Positions 48,823-57,898 of a stretch of 64,000 bases of DNA are shown piece by piece. Every line of letters begins with the position of its first letter. The stretch's first letter is position 1. This DNA comes from Sumerlaeia bacterium (GTDB lineage Bacteria > Sumerlaeota > Sumerlaeia > SLMS01 > JAHLLQ01), in NCBI GenBank assembly GCA_040219255.1, contig JAVJSW010000011.1, forward strand, positions 28,414 to 92,413, given 5' to 3'. A model generated the notes under the pieces. That model did not search any database, was not told the origin of the DNA, and saw nothing but the letters and a program-made list of their open reading frames with translations. A program made the translations under genes and the position numbers.

Positions 48823-49719
48823 ATGACCGCCGAGACCCCGCCCCCTCCCGCTATCACGCTCGTCATCCCGGTTTACAACGAGCGCAATTCCCTTCGCCCG
48901 CTCGATGAACGGCTGCGGGAATTGCTGCCCGCGCTACCCACGGGAAGCGTGGCGATTCTGGTGAACGATGCCTCGACGGATGGCTCGGCTGAGATCCTGG
49001 CGGACCTTGCGGCGGCGCAGGACGCGCCATTCCGGCTGCTGCGCCACGAACGCAACCGGGGCTATGGAGCCTCGCTGAAGACTGGAATCGCGGCGGCGGA
49101 AACGGAATGGATCGCGATCAGCGATGCCGATGGGACTTACCCGCTGGAGCGGCTGGAGGATTTGCTGGGTGCCATCGCGGACGGCGCGCGGATGGCGGTG
49201 GGCCAGCGCCCGCTGGGTCAGCAGCCTCTGATCCGCCGCCCCGCCAAGGTCTTCCTGAATCGCTTCGCCAGTTACCTGTCCGGCACGCCCATCCCGGACA
49301 TCAACAGCGGCCTGCGGGTTTTCCGGCGCGACGACGCCCTGCGGCTTCGGCGCCTTCTGCCCGATGGGTTTTCGCTGACCACGACGATCACAATGGCGCT
49401 GACGACGGAAGGCCACCGGGTGGATTTCCTGCCGATCACCTACGGCAAGCGCGAGGGCCGAAGCAAAATTTCCCCATTCCGCGATCTCGGGCGGTTCACT
49501 CTGCTGATCTTGCAGATGGCAATGGCGTTCAACCCGCTGAGGGTTTTCGGTCCGGCGGCCGCGGCCTTGATCGCCCTCGGCCTGGCCCTGCTGGTGGTGC
49601 GGGCGTTCCTGCAGGAAACGGTGGCCCTGGCGACGACCGTGGTGGTGCTGATCGGCGGGGTGCAGTTGCTGGCGCTGGGGCTGCTGGCGGACCTGATCAA
49701 TCGGCGGGGCGGGGGATAG
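48823..49719 (+). CDS. GT2 glycosyltransferase with two C-terminal TMs
   Basis: VIPVYNE, VNDASTDG, NRGYG, DADGTY, DINSGLR, R.G.SKI. Confidence 0.92.
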   Translation: MTAETPPPPAITLVIPVYNERNSLRPLDERLRELLPALPTGSVAILVNDASTDGSAEILADLAAAQDAPFRLLRHERNRGYGASLKTGIAAAETEWIAISDADGTYPLERLEDLLGAIADGARMAVGQRPLGQQPLIRRPAKVFLNRFASYLSGTPIPDINSGLRVFRRDDALRLRRLLPDGFSLTTTITMALTTEGHRVDFLPITYGKREGRSKISPFRDLGRFTLLILQMAMAFNPLRVFGPAAAALIALGLALLVVRAFLQETVALATTVVVLIGGVQLLALGLLADLINRRGGG

Positions 49720-49786
49720 GGCTTTTGCGCTTCTGCCTTCGCGTGGAATGGTCGGGAACGGACAAGCTCAAGTGTGCTCTTTCATT

Positions 49787-49802
49787 CGGCACGGGGTTGG
49801 CT
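49787..49802 (+). promoter_or_regulatory. Possible sigma54 -24/-12 promoter
   Basis: CGGCACGGGGTTGGCT, GG-N10-GC spacing, about 42 nt upstream of ATG 49845. Confidence 0.3.
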
Positions 49803-49844
49803 TTTCCGAGCTATTCTAGCTGTTGAAAAGGACTGGAGACGGAA

Positions 49845-50714
49845 ATGATCGCTCCCTATGGCCACCTACTTAGGACTTGTACAATTCTGGTAAGCCTCGG
49901 CTTAGCCTCCACCGTCCCCGCCCAGGACGGACCGAAACGGCTGGCCGATGCGATCGACCCGGACTGGGCCAAGGCGTCCCTCTGGGACGATGGGCAGGCG
50001 GAAGTGGCGACCTATGAGGGCGAGCGCGTGATCTATGGCGAGGCCCGGCCCCACACGCACCACCTGATCACTGTGAAGGAAGATTTCAACAGGGACTTCA
50101 TGGTCAAGGCCGATTGGCCCTATGACGACAAGCCGCTGATGACGGTGCTGAAGCAGAATCAGGTCGCGACGATCCCGACGCCAAACTACCCATATCATTA
50201 TATGGCGAGCGTTTTCTTCGACCGCGAGGACATCGGCCGGGCGGTGAAGATGACGGTGTCGAGCCAGGAGTGGTGCGGCATCACGACGAAAGACGTGCAG
50301 TTCTGGGAGGAACCGCCGGTCTATCGGTACACGAGTTATTGGGACGGCCAAGGCATGGGCGAGGCGAAGGTTCCCGAGGCGGCGGCGGAGAACACGTTCT
50401 TTGAAGAGGAACTGCCGCTGTTGGTGCGGACGCTGGAGTTCGGCGATGAGCTGGAACTGGAGTTCGAACTGATGCCGAATCAGACGACGAGCCGGGCCAA
50501 GAAGCCGGACCCGGTGGAGGCCCAGGCGCGCGTGACCCGGGAAGAAGACGCTGGCTGGCGAATCGCGGTGCGGGCCGCCGATGGGCGGGAGTTGAATTTC
50601 ACTGTCGCGAATGACGAGGTAAACACGCTGCGGGCCTATTCGCTGGGCGAGGGCCGGTCCTACACCCTGGCGAACGTGGAGCGTTGGCCCTATTGGGAGC
50701 GGCGGCCGGAATGA
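49845..50714 (+). CDS. Secreted hypothetical protein
   Basis: Signal peptide; W.DG.AE..Y, YG..R, V.EDF, YPY..M.S.F, S.QEWCG motifs. Confidence 0.8.
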   Translation: MIAPYGHLLRTCTILVSLGLASTVPAQDGPKRLADAIDPDWAKASLWDDGQAEVATYEGERVIYGEARPHTHHLITVKEDFNRDFMVKADWPYDDKPLMTVLKQNQVATIPTPNYPYHYMASVFFDREDIGRAVKMTVSSQEWCGITTKDVQFWEEPPVYRYTSYWDGQGMGEAKVPEAAAENTFFEEELPLLVRTLEFGDELELEFELMPNQTTSRAKKPDPVEAQARVTREEDAGWRIAVRAADGRELNFTVANDEVNTLRAYSLGEGRSYTLANVERWPYWERRPE

Positions 50715-50965
50715 GTATGTTCGAAGGCATGGGCGCGGCGACGCTAGTGACCATTGGATCGCTGGGGCTGGCGCTGACCGTGGGATACGTCTTGATCCGG
50801 CTCTTCGCCAGCCGCAAGGCTCGGCACACTTCCGGTCCGGAGGAAGGAAAGAGCCGCGCACGCTCAGACCTGGACCGGGAACTGGAGGCGGAAATCGCGG
50901 CGGTGGAAGCGCGCAGACGCGCGGAAACCAAGGCCGGCCCCGCCACCGACCCTGCCAAAGGCTGA
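50711..50965 (+). CDS. Small single-TM hypothetical protein
   Basis: ATGA overlap with the upstream gene; N-terminal TM and charged helix. Confidence 0.65.
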   Translation: MSMFEGMGAATLVTIGSLGLALTVGYVLIRLFASRKARHTSGPEEGKSRARSDLDRELEAEIAAVEARRRAETKAGPATDPAKG

Positions 50966-50974
50966 TCGAACCCC

Positions 50975-53056
50975 GTGAAATCCGCTCTGTCGCGTCTTCT
51001 TTTTTGCATTCTTATTTTTGTTCCCGTATCCCTTCGGGCTCAGGTCTTCCTGCCGGACGCATCGATCGACGCGATTTCCGGCACGCTCTTTCGCGGCGGC
51101 ACAACGGTCGATCTCACGGTCACTGTGAAGAACGACGGCTTCGCGGCGGACTTCCGGCTGGTGGTGCTGGAAACGCCCGGCGGCTGGTCGATTTCGCCCA
51201 CCACGACGCCCCTAAGGGGCATCAACGGCGACGACGAGGACGAATTCGATTTTCGTCTGACGGTGCCCAACAATAACACAGGGCCTCGGGAGCTGAAGTT
51301 CCGCCTCGACGGCACCGACGACCTGCAGATCCTGCGCACCGGAATCGACGAACGCACCTTCACCATCGAGGCCGTTTCCCTGCCGGACAACCTGCGCCTG
51401 GACACGCCCATCGACGGCGCCCCCGGCATCCAGCAACCCACGACGTTCGCCTGGCAGAACCTCAATTCGCCCGACACGACCTACACGTTTCGCCTGCTGG
51501 CCAATGGCAACGGCCAAGCGGGCGAAGAACTCTACCGCCGCGACAACATTACCGCGACGAGCTTCAGCCTGACCGAGGAAGCTTTCCGCCTGACGCCGGG
51601 GCAGACCTACTTCTGGGAAGTGATCGGCCGCACGCCATTGGGCGACGTCGAGCCCCTCGAGCCCTTCTTCTTCGTCATGCGCGAATTGCCCGCCCTCGGC
51701 CGCTTCAACTGGATCGAACCCGCGCAGGACGGGGAGTTTGTCTCTGTGACACCGACCTTTTCCTGGAGCGCGTCGACCAACGCCCAGCGCTATCAGCTCC
51801 GGGTGTTCCGGGGACTCGATGCGCCGAACGACGACGAAACGGTGATCGACACGGTTCTGACCGGCACCGGGTACACGGTGCCGGAAGCGATGCCGCTGGC
51901 GCCGGGGGATTACAGCGCGTTCGTGGCGGCGCAGGCCGAGGGCCGGACCGATCTGGGGCCCGACGAAGGCTTTCGCTTGTTCACCGTGACGCGGCTCGGG
52001 GAGTTCGAATTGTTGGCGCCGGGCGATGGGGAATTGGGGCTTGAGACGTTGCCGGTGTTCTCCTGGACGGCGGCGGACCGGGCCGAGGCCTATATCGTCG
52101 AAGTCAAACGGCCGCCCCAGGAAGGCAGCGGCGTTGTGACGCGCCAGCAAGTTGCCGGCGATGTCACGAGCCAGCGCCTAGCCAAGTCGCTCACCCGCGG
52201 AACCGAATACCGTTGGCAGGTCTACGCCGTCGCCGACGGGCGCGAGAAAGCGAGCAACTCGCCGGAACGCGGTTTCCGCACGTCGCCGCTGGTGCCGTTT
52301 CCGTTGATTTCGCCCGAGCGCGACGCCACGGACGTGCCGGTCAATCCGCGGTTCCAATGGGTCGCCACCCTTGGCGCCGCCACTTATACGTTGCAGGTGG
52401 CGACGTCGGTGAACGGGCAGCCGAACTTGCAGGACGTGCGCTCGCAATTGGTCCCAAGCCCTTTGCAGACAACGGTCGACAACCCTTTTGGAGAACTCGC
52501 TCGGGGCTCCCAATACTTCTGGCGGGTCGTCGCCAATAGCGCGCCCCAACCTCCCTCCCAGCAGACCGTGGTCCTGGAAAGCCTGGGGGGCTTCACGCCG
52601 TTCCAGGTCCTGGATTTGACACCGTTTGGCCTCCGTTTTCCGAACGATAACGCCGTGGGGGTTACGACGGATACGATGCTTTTCTGGGACGAAGTCGGCA
52701 CGGCTGAGCACTACCGCATCCATCTGACGTTGCAGGGCTTGGGGACGCTGCCGCCTGTGGAGACAGGGAACGATGCGGGGTCCTATCCGCTCGCCGGGCT
52801 GAACCTGAGGAGCGAAAGCGACTACACCTGGACGGTGGAAGCGGTGAACGCCAACGGGTCGTTGATGGCGAGCGAGACATTCCGTTTTCGCACGGCGGCT
52901 TTGCCAGACCGGCCGGTGAATTCGCAGTCCATCGCGGAGCAGCTTCTCGGCACAACCTGGCTGACGGATGGCGAACGAGCCCAGGTGGACGTTCAGCCGC
53001 GCTTTGGCGAACTCAACATCGCCGATTTCATCACCTATCGCAATGCGCTGGAATAG
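50975..53056 (+). CDS. Secreted multi-Ig/FN3-like repeat protein with dockerin-like C-terminus
   Basis: Signal peptide, NEW3-like first domain, five repeats (F.L..P.DG..P.F.W..A..Y..L..G..Y.W.V.A..F), tail I..LLG..D..G.LNIADF. Confidence 0.85.
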   Translation: MKSALSRLLFCILIFVPVSLRAQVFLPDASIDAISGTLFRGGTTVDLTVTVKNDGFAADFRLVVLETPGGWSISPTTTPLRGINGDDEDEFDFRLTVPNNNTGPRELKFRLDGTDDLQILRTGIDERTFTIEAVSLPDNLRLDTPIDGAPGIQQPTTFAWQNLNSPDTTYTFRLLANGNGQAGEELYRRDNITATSFSLTEEAFRLTPGQTYFWEVIGRTPLGDVEPLEPFFFVMRELPALGRFNWIEPAQDGEFVSVTPTFSWSASTNAQRYQLRVFRGLDAPNDDETVIDTVLTGTGYTVPEAMPLAPGDYSAFVAAQAEGRTDLGPDEGFRLFTVTRLGEFELLAPGDGELGLETLPVFSWTAADRAEAYIVEVKRPPQEGSGVVTRQQVAGDVTSQRLAKSLTRGTEYRWQVYAVADGREKASNSPERGFRTSPLVPFPLISPERDATDVPVNPRFQWVATLGAATYTLQVATSVNGQPNLQDVRSQLVPSPLQTTVDNPFGELARGSQYFWRVVANSAPQPPSQQTVVLESLGGFTPFQVLDLTPFGLRFPNDNAVGVTTDTMLFWDEVGTAEHYRIHLTLQGLGTLPPVETGNDAGSYPLAGLNLRSESDYTWTVEAVNANGSLMASETFRFRTAALPDRPVNSQSIAEQLLGTTWLTDGERAQVDVQPRFGELNIADFITYRNALE

Positions 53057-53062
53057 GGGTCC

Positions 53063-54631
53063 TTACGGCCCGAAGTAGTACTGCCAACCGGCGTCGTAGT
53101 AACGGACCAGCGCTTGATTGTCGAGGCGGTTGATCTCCGTTTCGACCCGTGCCATGTCGGCGGGAAAGCGAAACAGCGAGGGGATCGTTTCCTCCGTCAG
53201 GTAGCGCGTCGGCACGGTCAACTTCACATCTTCGGGATGAAGGCGCCGGGGCGCCGCCAGAACAAACCCCCACTCGCCAAAGCTGGGCACGTTCGCGTGG
53301 TAGGGAAGAATCGTCAGCGTGGCGCTGGTCGGGCCCGCGAGGGGCGTGGCGTCGAGCGTGTTGGCGATACACCAGTAGGCTTGGCGGGCGAAAAAGGGCG
53401 AGGTCGCCTGGACCGCGATGACACCGTCGGCGTTCAGCCGGCGCGTCAGAAGCCGGTAGAACGAGATGGTGTAGAGTTTACCGATGGTTAAGTCGTTCGG
53501 GTCCGGCAGGTCCGAGAGGACGACGTCGAAGAAGAGGTCCGTTTCCTCGAGAAAGCGCTGAGCGTCCTCGTTGACGACGCGGACGCGGGGGTCGCGCAGG
53601 GCGTTGCCGCTGAGGCTGGCGAGCATGTCGTTGTCGCGAAAGAGCCGGGTCATCTCTGGGTCGATGTCGACGAGGACGACTTCACGGAGGTCTGGGTATT
53701 TCAGCGCTTCCCGGGCAGCCATGCCATCGCCGCCGCCCAGGATCAGCACGCGCTCGTGGCGCGCGGCGAGGCTCATGGCGGGGTGGACCAGGGCCTCGTG
53801 ATAGCGGTACTCGTCGGGCGTTGCGAACTGGAGTTTGGCGTTCAGAAAGAGGCGGATGTCGTCCTTCCAGCGGGTCAGGACGATGCGCTGATAGGGCGTC
53901 TGGGTGGCGAGGATGACCTTGTCGGCGTAGAGTTTGTCCTCGAAGGCGCTGACGAGGCGGTTGCTCTGGAAGAAGCCGGCGAGGAGCAGAAAGGTGGCGG
54001 CCAGGGTGGCGAGCCAGAGCCCGGCAGCGGACCGGGCCAGCGCCTGGCGGAACCAAAGAAGTCCGATCCAGCAAACCGCCACGTTCATCAATCCGAAGAG
54101 AAAGCTGGTCTTGAGCAGCCCCAAGTGCGGCGCCAGGAAGAAAGGAAAGGCGAGCGAAGCCAGCAGAGCGCCCGCGTAATCGAAGGTCATGACTTGCGAG
54201 ACGGAAACGCGGAGATCGGCGGCGCGCTCGCGCAGAATGCGCAGCAGCAGCGGGATCTCCATGCCGATCAAGGTCCCCACCGTGACGACCACGGCGACCA
54301 GGGTCGCGAAGTAGGCTTTGCTGTAAACGAATGCGGCGAAGAGAATGACGGCGGAAAACCCGCCTGCCAGGCCGACGGCCAACTCCACCCCGAAAAAGAC
54401 CGCCAGCAGGTTCCGCCTCACGAACCGCGTCAGGAAACTGCCGATGCCCATGCTGGTCAGGAACAGTCCGATGACGAGGCTGAACTGCGTGACGGAGGAG
54501 CCCAGAAGGTAGCTGGAGACGGCGCCCGCGACGAGTTCGTAGATCAGGGCGCAAATCGCGACCAGAAAGACGGAGATCAGGAGGATCAGGGGATCGGCGC
54601 GGTGCTGCGGAACTGTGGGTGGGGATTCCAT
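53063..54631 (-). CDS. speE: Membrane-fused polyamine aminopropyltransferase
   Basis: About seven N-terminal TMs; TPYQRIV, DEYRYHEALVHP, VLILGGGDG, VDIDP, DLPDP, VPSFGEWGF. Confidence 0.93.
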   Translation of the reverse strand: MESPPTVPQHRADPLILLISVFLVAICALIYELVAGAVSSYLLGSSVTQFSLVIGLFLTSMGIGSFLTRFVRRNLLAVFFGVELAVGLAGGFSAVILFAAFVYSKAYFATLVAVVVTVGTLIGMEIPLLLRILRERAADLRVSVSQVMTFDYAGALLASLAFPFFLAPHLGLLKTSFLFGLMNVAVCWIGLLWFRQALARSAAGLWLATLAATFLLLAGFFQSNRLVSAFEDKLYADKVILATQTPYQRIVLTRWKDDIRLFLNAKLQFATPDEYRYHEALVHPAMSLAARHERVLILGGGDGMAAREALKYPDLREVVLVDIDPEMTRLFRDNDMLASLSGNALRDPRVRVVNEDAQRFLEETDLFFDVVLSDLPDPNDLTIGKLYTISFYRLLTRRLNADGVIAVQATSPFFARQAYWCIANTLDATPLAGPTSATLTILPYHANVPSFGEWGFVLAAPRRLHPEDVKLTVPTRYLTEETIPSLFRFPADMARVETEINRLDNQALVRYYDAGWQYYFGP

Positions 54632-54696
54632 GGATTATCACCGCCGAGGCGCGGAGAGAGCTGCATTTTCGGTCTGGGTGGCTCTGCGCGCCGGGC

Positions 54697-55788
54697 TTAG
54701 GATTCGTCCGAGGCCGGGCCGGGTGTGGGCTCGTCAAGGTTCACCTTCGTCATGAACGACTCGGGGTCGATCTCGGGGAAGAGGGTCTTGAGGACGCGGC
54801 GCAAATCGGGCGGTACGGGGGCGCGGTACTCGACCCAGTGGGTCGTTTCCGGATGGCGAAAGCGCAAGAGGCGGGCGTGGAGGAATGGGCGGTCGAGCTT
54901 CTGCAAAGCGACTCGCAGGGGGCTTTCGGCGTTGCGGACTTTCTCCAGGGCGCGTTCCACCGTGCCGCCATAGAGCGAATCGCCCGCGATGGGCAGGCCG
55001 ACGTGGCTGCAATGGACGCGGATCTGATGGGTGCGGCCCGTCTCCAGGCGGGCCTTGACCAAGGCGAATCCATTCGCCCGCGCGAGCACCGTCAGGTGCG
55101 TGACCGCGTCCTTGGCGGCGATGCCGTTGACCGATCGGCGAATGCGGAAATTTTCGTGCCGGCCGATGGGCGCGTCGATGCGCGCCGTGGCCCAGTCCGG
55201 GTCGCCCAGCGTCAGCAGCAGGTACTGGCGCGAGACGGTGCGGGCCTGAATGGCTTTCGAGAGGGCCTTCATGGCGCGCTCGGTCTTGGCAATGACCATG
55301 ACGCCGCTCGTTTCGCGGTCGAGCCGGTGCACCAATCCGGGGCGCTTGACGCCATTGATGCCGGGCAGGTCTGGACAATGGTGCAGCAAGGCGTTGACCA
55401 GCGTACCGTCCGGGTTTCCGGCGGCGGGATGGACGATCATGCCGGCGGCTTTGTTGACGATGACGATGTCGTCGTCCTGATACAGGAACTCGACGGGAAG
55501 GTCCTGGGGGTGGGGCCAGGGGGATTCGGGCGGCGGGAAGGTGACGACCACCGCCTCGCCGGGGGCGACAACGTGGCGGGCCTTGGCGGGCGAGCCGCCG
55601 ACGGTGACACGCTCGTCTTTAATAAGCTGTTGAAAGAACGTGCGGCTATGGAGGGATTGGCGCCGCGCCAGGAACGTGTCCAGCCGCATGCCGTCCGCCT
55701 CTTCGGGCACGATCAGTTCTTCGACGCGGGGCTCGCCATCGTCTTCCAACTCGTCCGGGATCAGGTCTTCGGTGGGTTCGGAGGTCAC
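54697..55788 (-). CDS. rluD: RluA/RluD-family pseudouridine synthase
   Basis: S4 domain RLD.FL, VNKAAG..VHP, RPGLVHRLDRETSG, LETGRTHQIRVH, GD.LYG, LHA..L.F.HP. Confidence 0.92.
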   Translation of the reverse strand: MTSEPTEDLIPDELEDDGEPRVEELIVPEEADGMRLDTFLARRQSLHSRTFFQQLIKDERVTVGGSPAKARHVVAPGEAVVVTFPPPESPWPHPQDLPVEFLYQDDDIVIVNKAAGMIVHPAAGNPDGTLVNALLHHCPDLPGINGVKRPGLVHRLDRETSGVMVIAKTERAMKALSKAIQARTVSRQYLLLTLGDPDWATARIDAPIGRHENFRIRRSVNGIAAKDAVTHLTVLARANGFALVKARLETGRTHQIRVHCSHVGLPIAGDSLYGGTVERALEKVRNAESPLRVALQKLDRPFLHARLLRFRHPETTHWVEYRAPVPPDLRRVLKTLFPEIDPESFMTKVNLDEPTPGPASDES

Positions 55789-56492
55789 TTGCTGGCGGGG
55801 CCCTTCTCGATGGCTTCGGCCATCTTCCTGCGGGTTTCGACGAGCAACTGCGAGCAGGCGGTCACCGTCGATGCCCGGACCCGTTCTTCGATAAAGTCTT
55901 TATTGTTCGACGGCGACAGTTCGCGGCCGGTGGCTTCGAGGCGGCCAGCCAGGAGAAGCTCGTCGGCTTCCCGGTCCACAAAGATCACTTCCGTCGAATA
56001 GCGGGGGCGATTGCCACCAAATCCGAAGAGGACGTTCCTGAATTCCAGGACGTATCCTCTGTCGCCCGTGACGAAATCGGGCAGGGGAAACTCCGGTTCG
56101 CTACCCTCGCCGGGAACGGGCGATTCCTCCTCCGCGGGTTCCGGCTCGGGGGCGTTAGGGTTGAGGAGCGGCAAATCGTTGGCGCGCAGGAATTCGGACT
56201 GCTCGACAACGGCGACTTGAGCGAACATGTTGCGGAATCGGGCATGGCTTTCGACTGCCAACGCTTCAATATAGAAGACTTGAAAGCTCTTCGGGTCGAG
56301 GAACTGGGAGCCGGTCCGAAGGGTGGTGAAGGCTTCGTCCCGATCGTCGGGGACGATAATGACCAAAGGTTTGTCGTAGGGGCCGTAGTTGCTCTGATAC
56401 GCGGCGTGCGGTTCGAATCGCACGGCGGTCTTGCAGCCGGCGGCTACTAAGCAAAGCAAAATCAACGGGAGAAATTTGCAGAGGGAGCGCAT
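55785..56492 (-). CDS. Hypothetical lipoprotein
   Basis: Lipobox VAAGC; GTGA overlap with the rluD-like gene. Confidence 0.75.
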   Translation of the reverse strand: MRSLCKFLPLILLCLVAAGCKTAVRFEPHAAYQSNYGPYDKPLVIIVPDDRDEAFTTLRTGSQFLDPKSFQVFYIEALAVESHARFRNMFAQVAVVEQSEFLRANDLPLLNPNAPEPEPAEEESPVPGEGSEPEFPLPDFVTGDRGYVLEFRNVLFGFGGNRPRYSTEVIFVDREADELLLAGRLEATGRELSPSNNKDFIEERVRASTVTACSQLLVETRRKMAEAIEKGPASK

Positions 56493-56605
56493 AGGGGGAC
56501 CTGCACGGGGGAAAAGGATTCGGACCAGGCAACCCTGGCCGAGGCTGGCGCTGAGGGAAAGGGGAAACGAGGCGATAATCGGACCGAGGGACTGCGAATG
56601 AAATC

Positions 56606-57358
56606 TCAGAACCCCAAGACCTTCTTGCTCAACTCCTCCACCGTGACAAAGCCGGCGATGCGGTCTCTAGCGTCGAGGACCGCCATGTGGTCGATGCCTT
56701 TGACGCGCATCAGGACAAGGGCGTCGCGGTTGCTCTTGCCAGAGTCGATGGCGTCGCTGCGGACGGCGAGGTCGCTGGGCACGAGAGAATCGCGCAGGGA
56801 ATCGCAGAGAGATTTGATGGCGTCTTTGCTGGCGGGAAACTGCTGGATCGGGATGTGGCCTTTGTAGCGCCGGCCCTTGTCCACGATCACGACACAGCGG
56901 AAATCGGAGTGGGGGCCGAGAGTTTCTGCGTACTCGGCGACCAGCTTGGCCGAGTAGCGGCGGCCAAATTCGAGGGCGAAGGCGACCGGGATGGCTCCGG
57001 CGGTGACCATGTCGTCGAGTTCGGTCGGCCCGCCGCGGGGGTTCGGCTTGCCGCTGTAAAGCACGTTGGGCTCGGCCATGATCCGGCCGTCGGCGATTTC
57101 CTTGGCGATAAGGGGGTCGCGCTTGGGCATGGCGGACGCGATGGCCCCCATCTGGATTTTGCCTTTCAGGAGCAGGAAGGCTCCGACGGCGGCGGCGACG
57201 AAGAGGAGATGAAAGATGCTGAAGTCGGCCACCACCAGGAAGACGATCAGCAGTCCGCCGCCGAGCACGGCCCACAGCGGCAGCGAGACGGGTTGCTTGA
57301 GCAGCGAGAGAATCCAGCGGGTTTGGAGGGATTGAGAAGGTGAGGTATCGGGGGTCAC
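56606..57358 (-). CDS. Two-TM protein with C-terminal CBS-like domains
   Basis: Two hydrophobic helices; VIVDKGRRYKG.I and DAL.LM..I....VLD..RIAGFVT CBS-like motifs. Confidence 0.72.
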   Translation of the reverse strand: MTPDTSPSQSLQTRWILSLLKQPVSLPLWAVLGGGLLIVFLVVADFSIFHLLFVAAAVGAFLLLKGKIQMGAIASAMPKRDPLIAKEIADGRIMAEPNVLYSGKPNPRGGPTELDDMVTAGAIPVAFALEFGRRYSAKLVAEYAETLGPHSDFRCVVIVDKGRRYKGHIPIQQFPASKDAIKSLCDSLRDSLVPSDLAVRSDAIDSGKSNRDALVLMRVKGIDHMAVLDARDRIAGFVTVEELSKKVLGF

Positions 57359-57666
57359 GGTTTCGGGTAGCTTCGAAGATGAGCGCGGCGGTTGGTGCGG
57401 CGCAGATCTTCAAAGTACTCTTGAATGGGGCGCGTGTCACCCCGATCCGCAGCCCTCAGGCCTCTTAAAATTCCGGTGGCGGTTCCGAACTGTTCGAGGG
57501 CCTTGAGCAATTGGTTCCAGGACTGGGGATCGATCAGGACGGCTTCCGTCTTACCGTGATTGGTAAGAAAAAGCGGCTGGCCGGTTTCGTGGAGTTCTTC
57601 CAGGGTTTCGGCCGTTTGGCGGCGAAACTCCGTAAGGGAAATGGTGTGGGGCGGTTCCTGGCTCAT
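57355..57666 (-). CDS. Phd/YefM family antitoxin
   Basis: SLTEFRRQTAE.L..L.ETGQP..LT.HGK..AVL.D..W; I.RGL..G..P..F tail. Confidence 0.88.
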   Translation of the reverse strand: MSQEPPHTISLTEFRRQTAETLEELHETGQPLFLTNHGKTEAVLIDPQSWNQLLKALEQFGTATGILRGLRAADRGDTRPIQEYFEDLRRTNRRAHLRSYPKP

Positions 57667-57775
57667 AGGGGCCACCGTCCTGAAAAATCTCGTGACGTTT
57701 ATTACGGGAGCAAATTGTTGGGGACGCAGTCAATGGGAGGTTTGATTTGGGGATTGGAAAACGGCGGCGGATGAA

Positions 57776-57893
57776 TTGGCCGCCGATAAATAGGATAGAT
57801 GGGATGCAAGGTTTCCCGGGAGTGGAACAAGTGGCTAAGGAGCTGACTCGGCTCTCCACGCAACCCAGTCCAATTCCCATCTATCCGCGGCAA
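57776..57893. repeat. Palindromic intergenic element, copy C
   Basis: TTGGCCGCCGATAAATAGGATAGATGGGATG..CCCATCTATCCGCGGCAA; resembles GCCGCGGATGAATGGGATG inside copy A. Confidence 0.55.
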
Positions 57894-57898
57894 AATAT

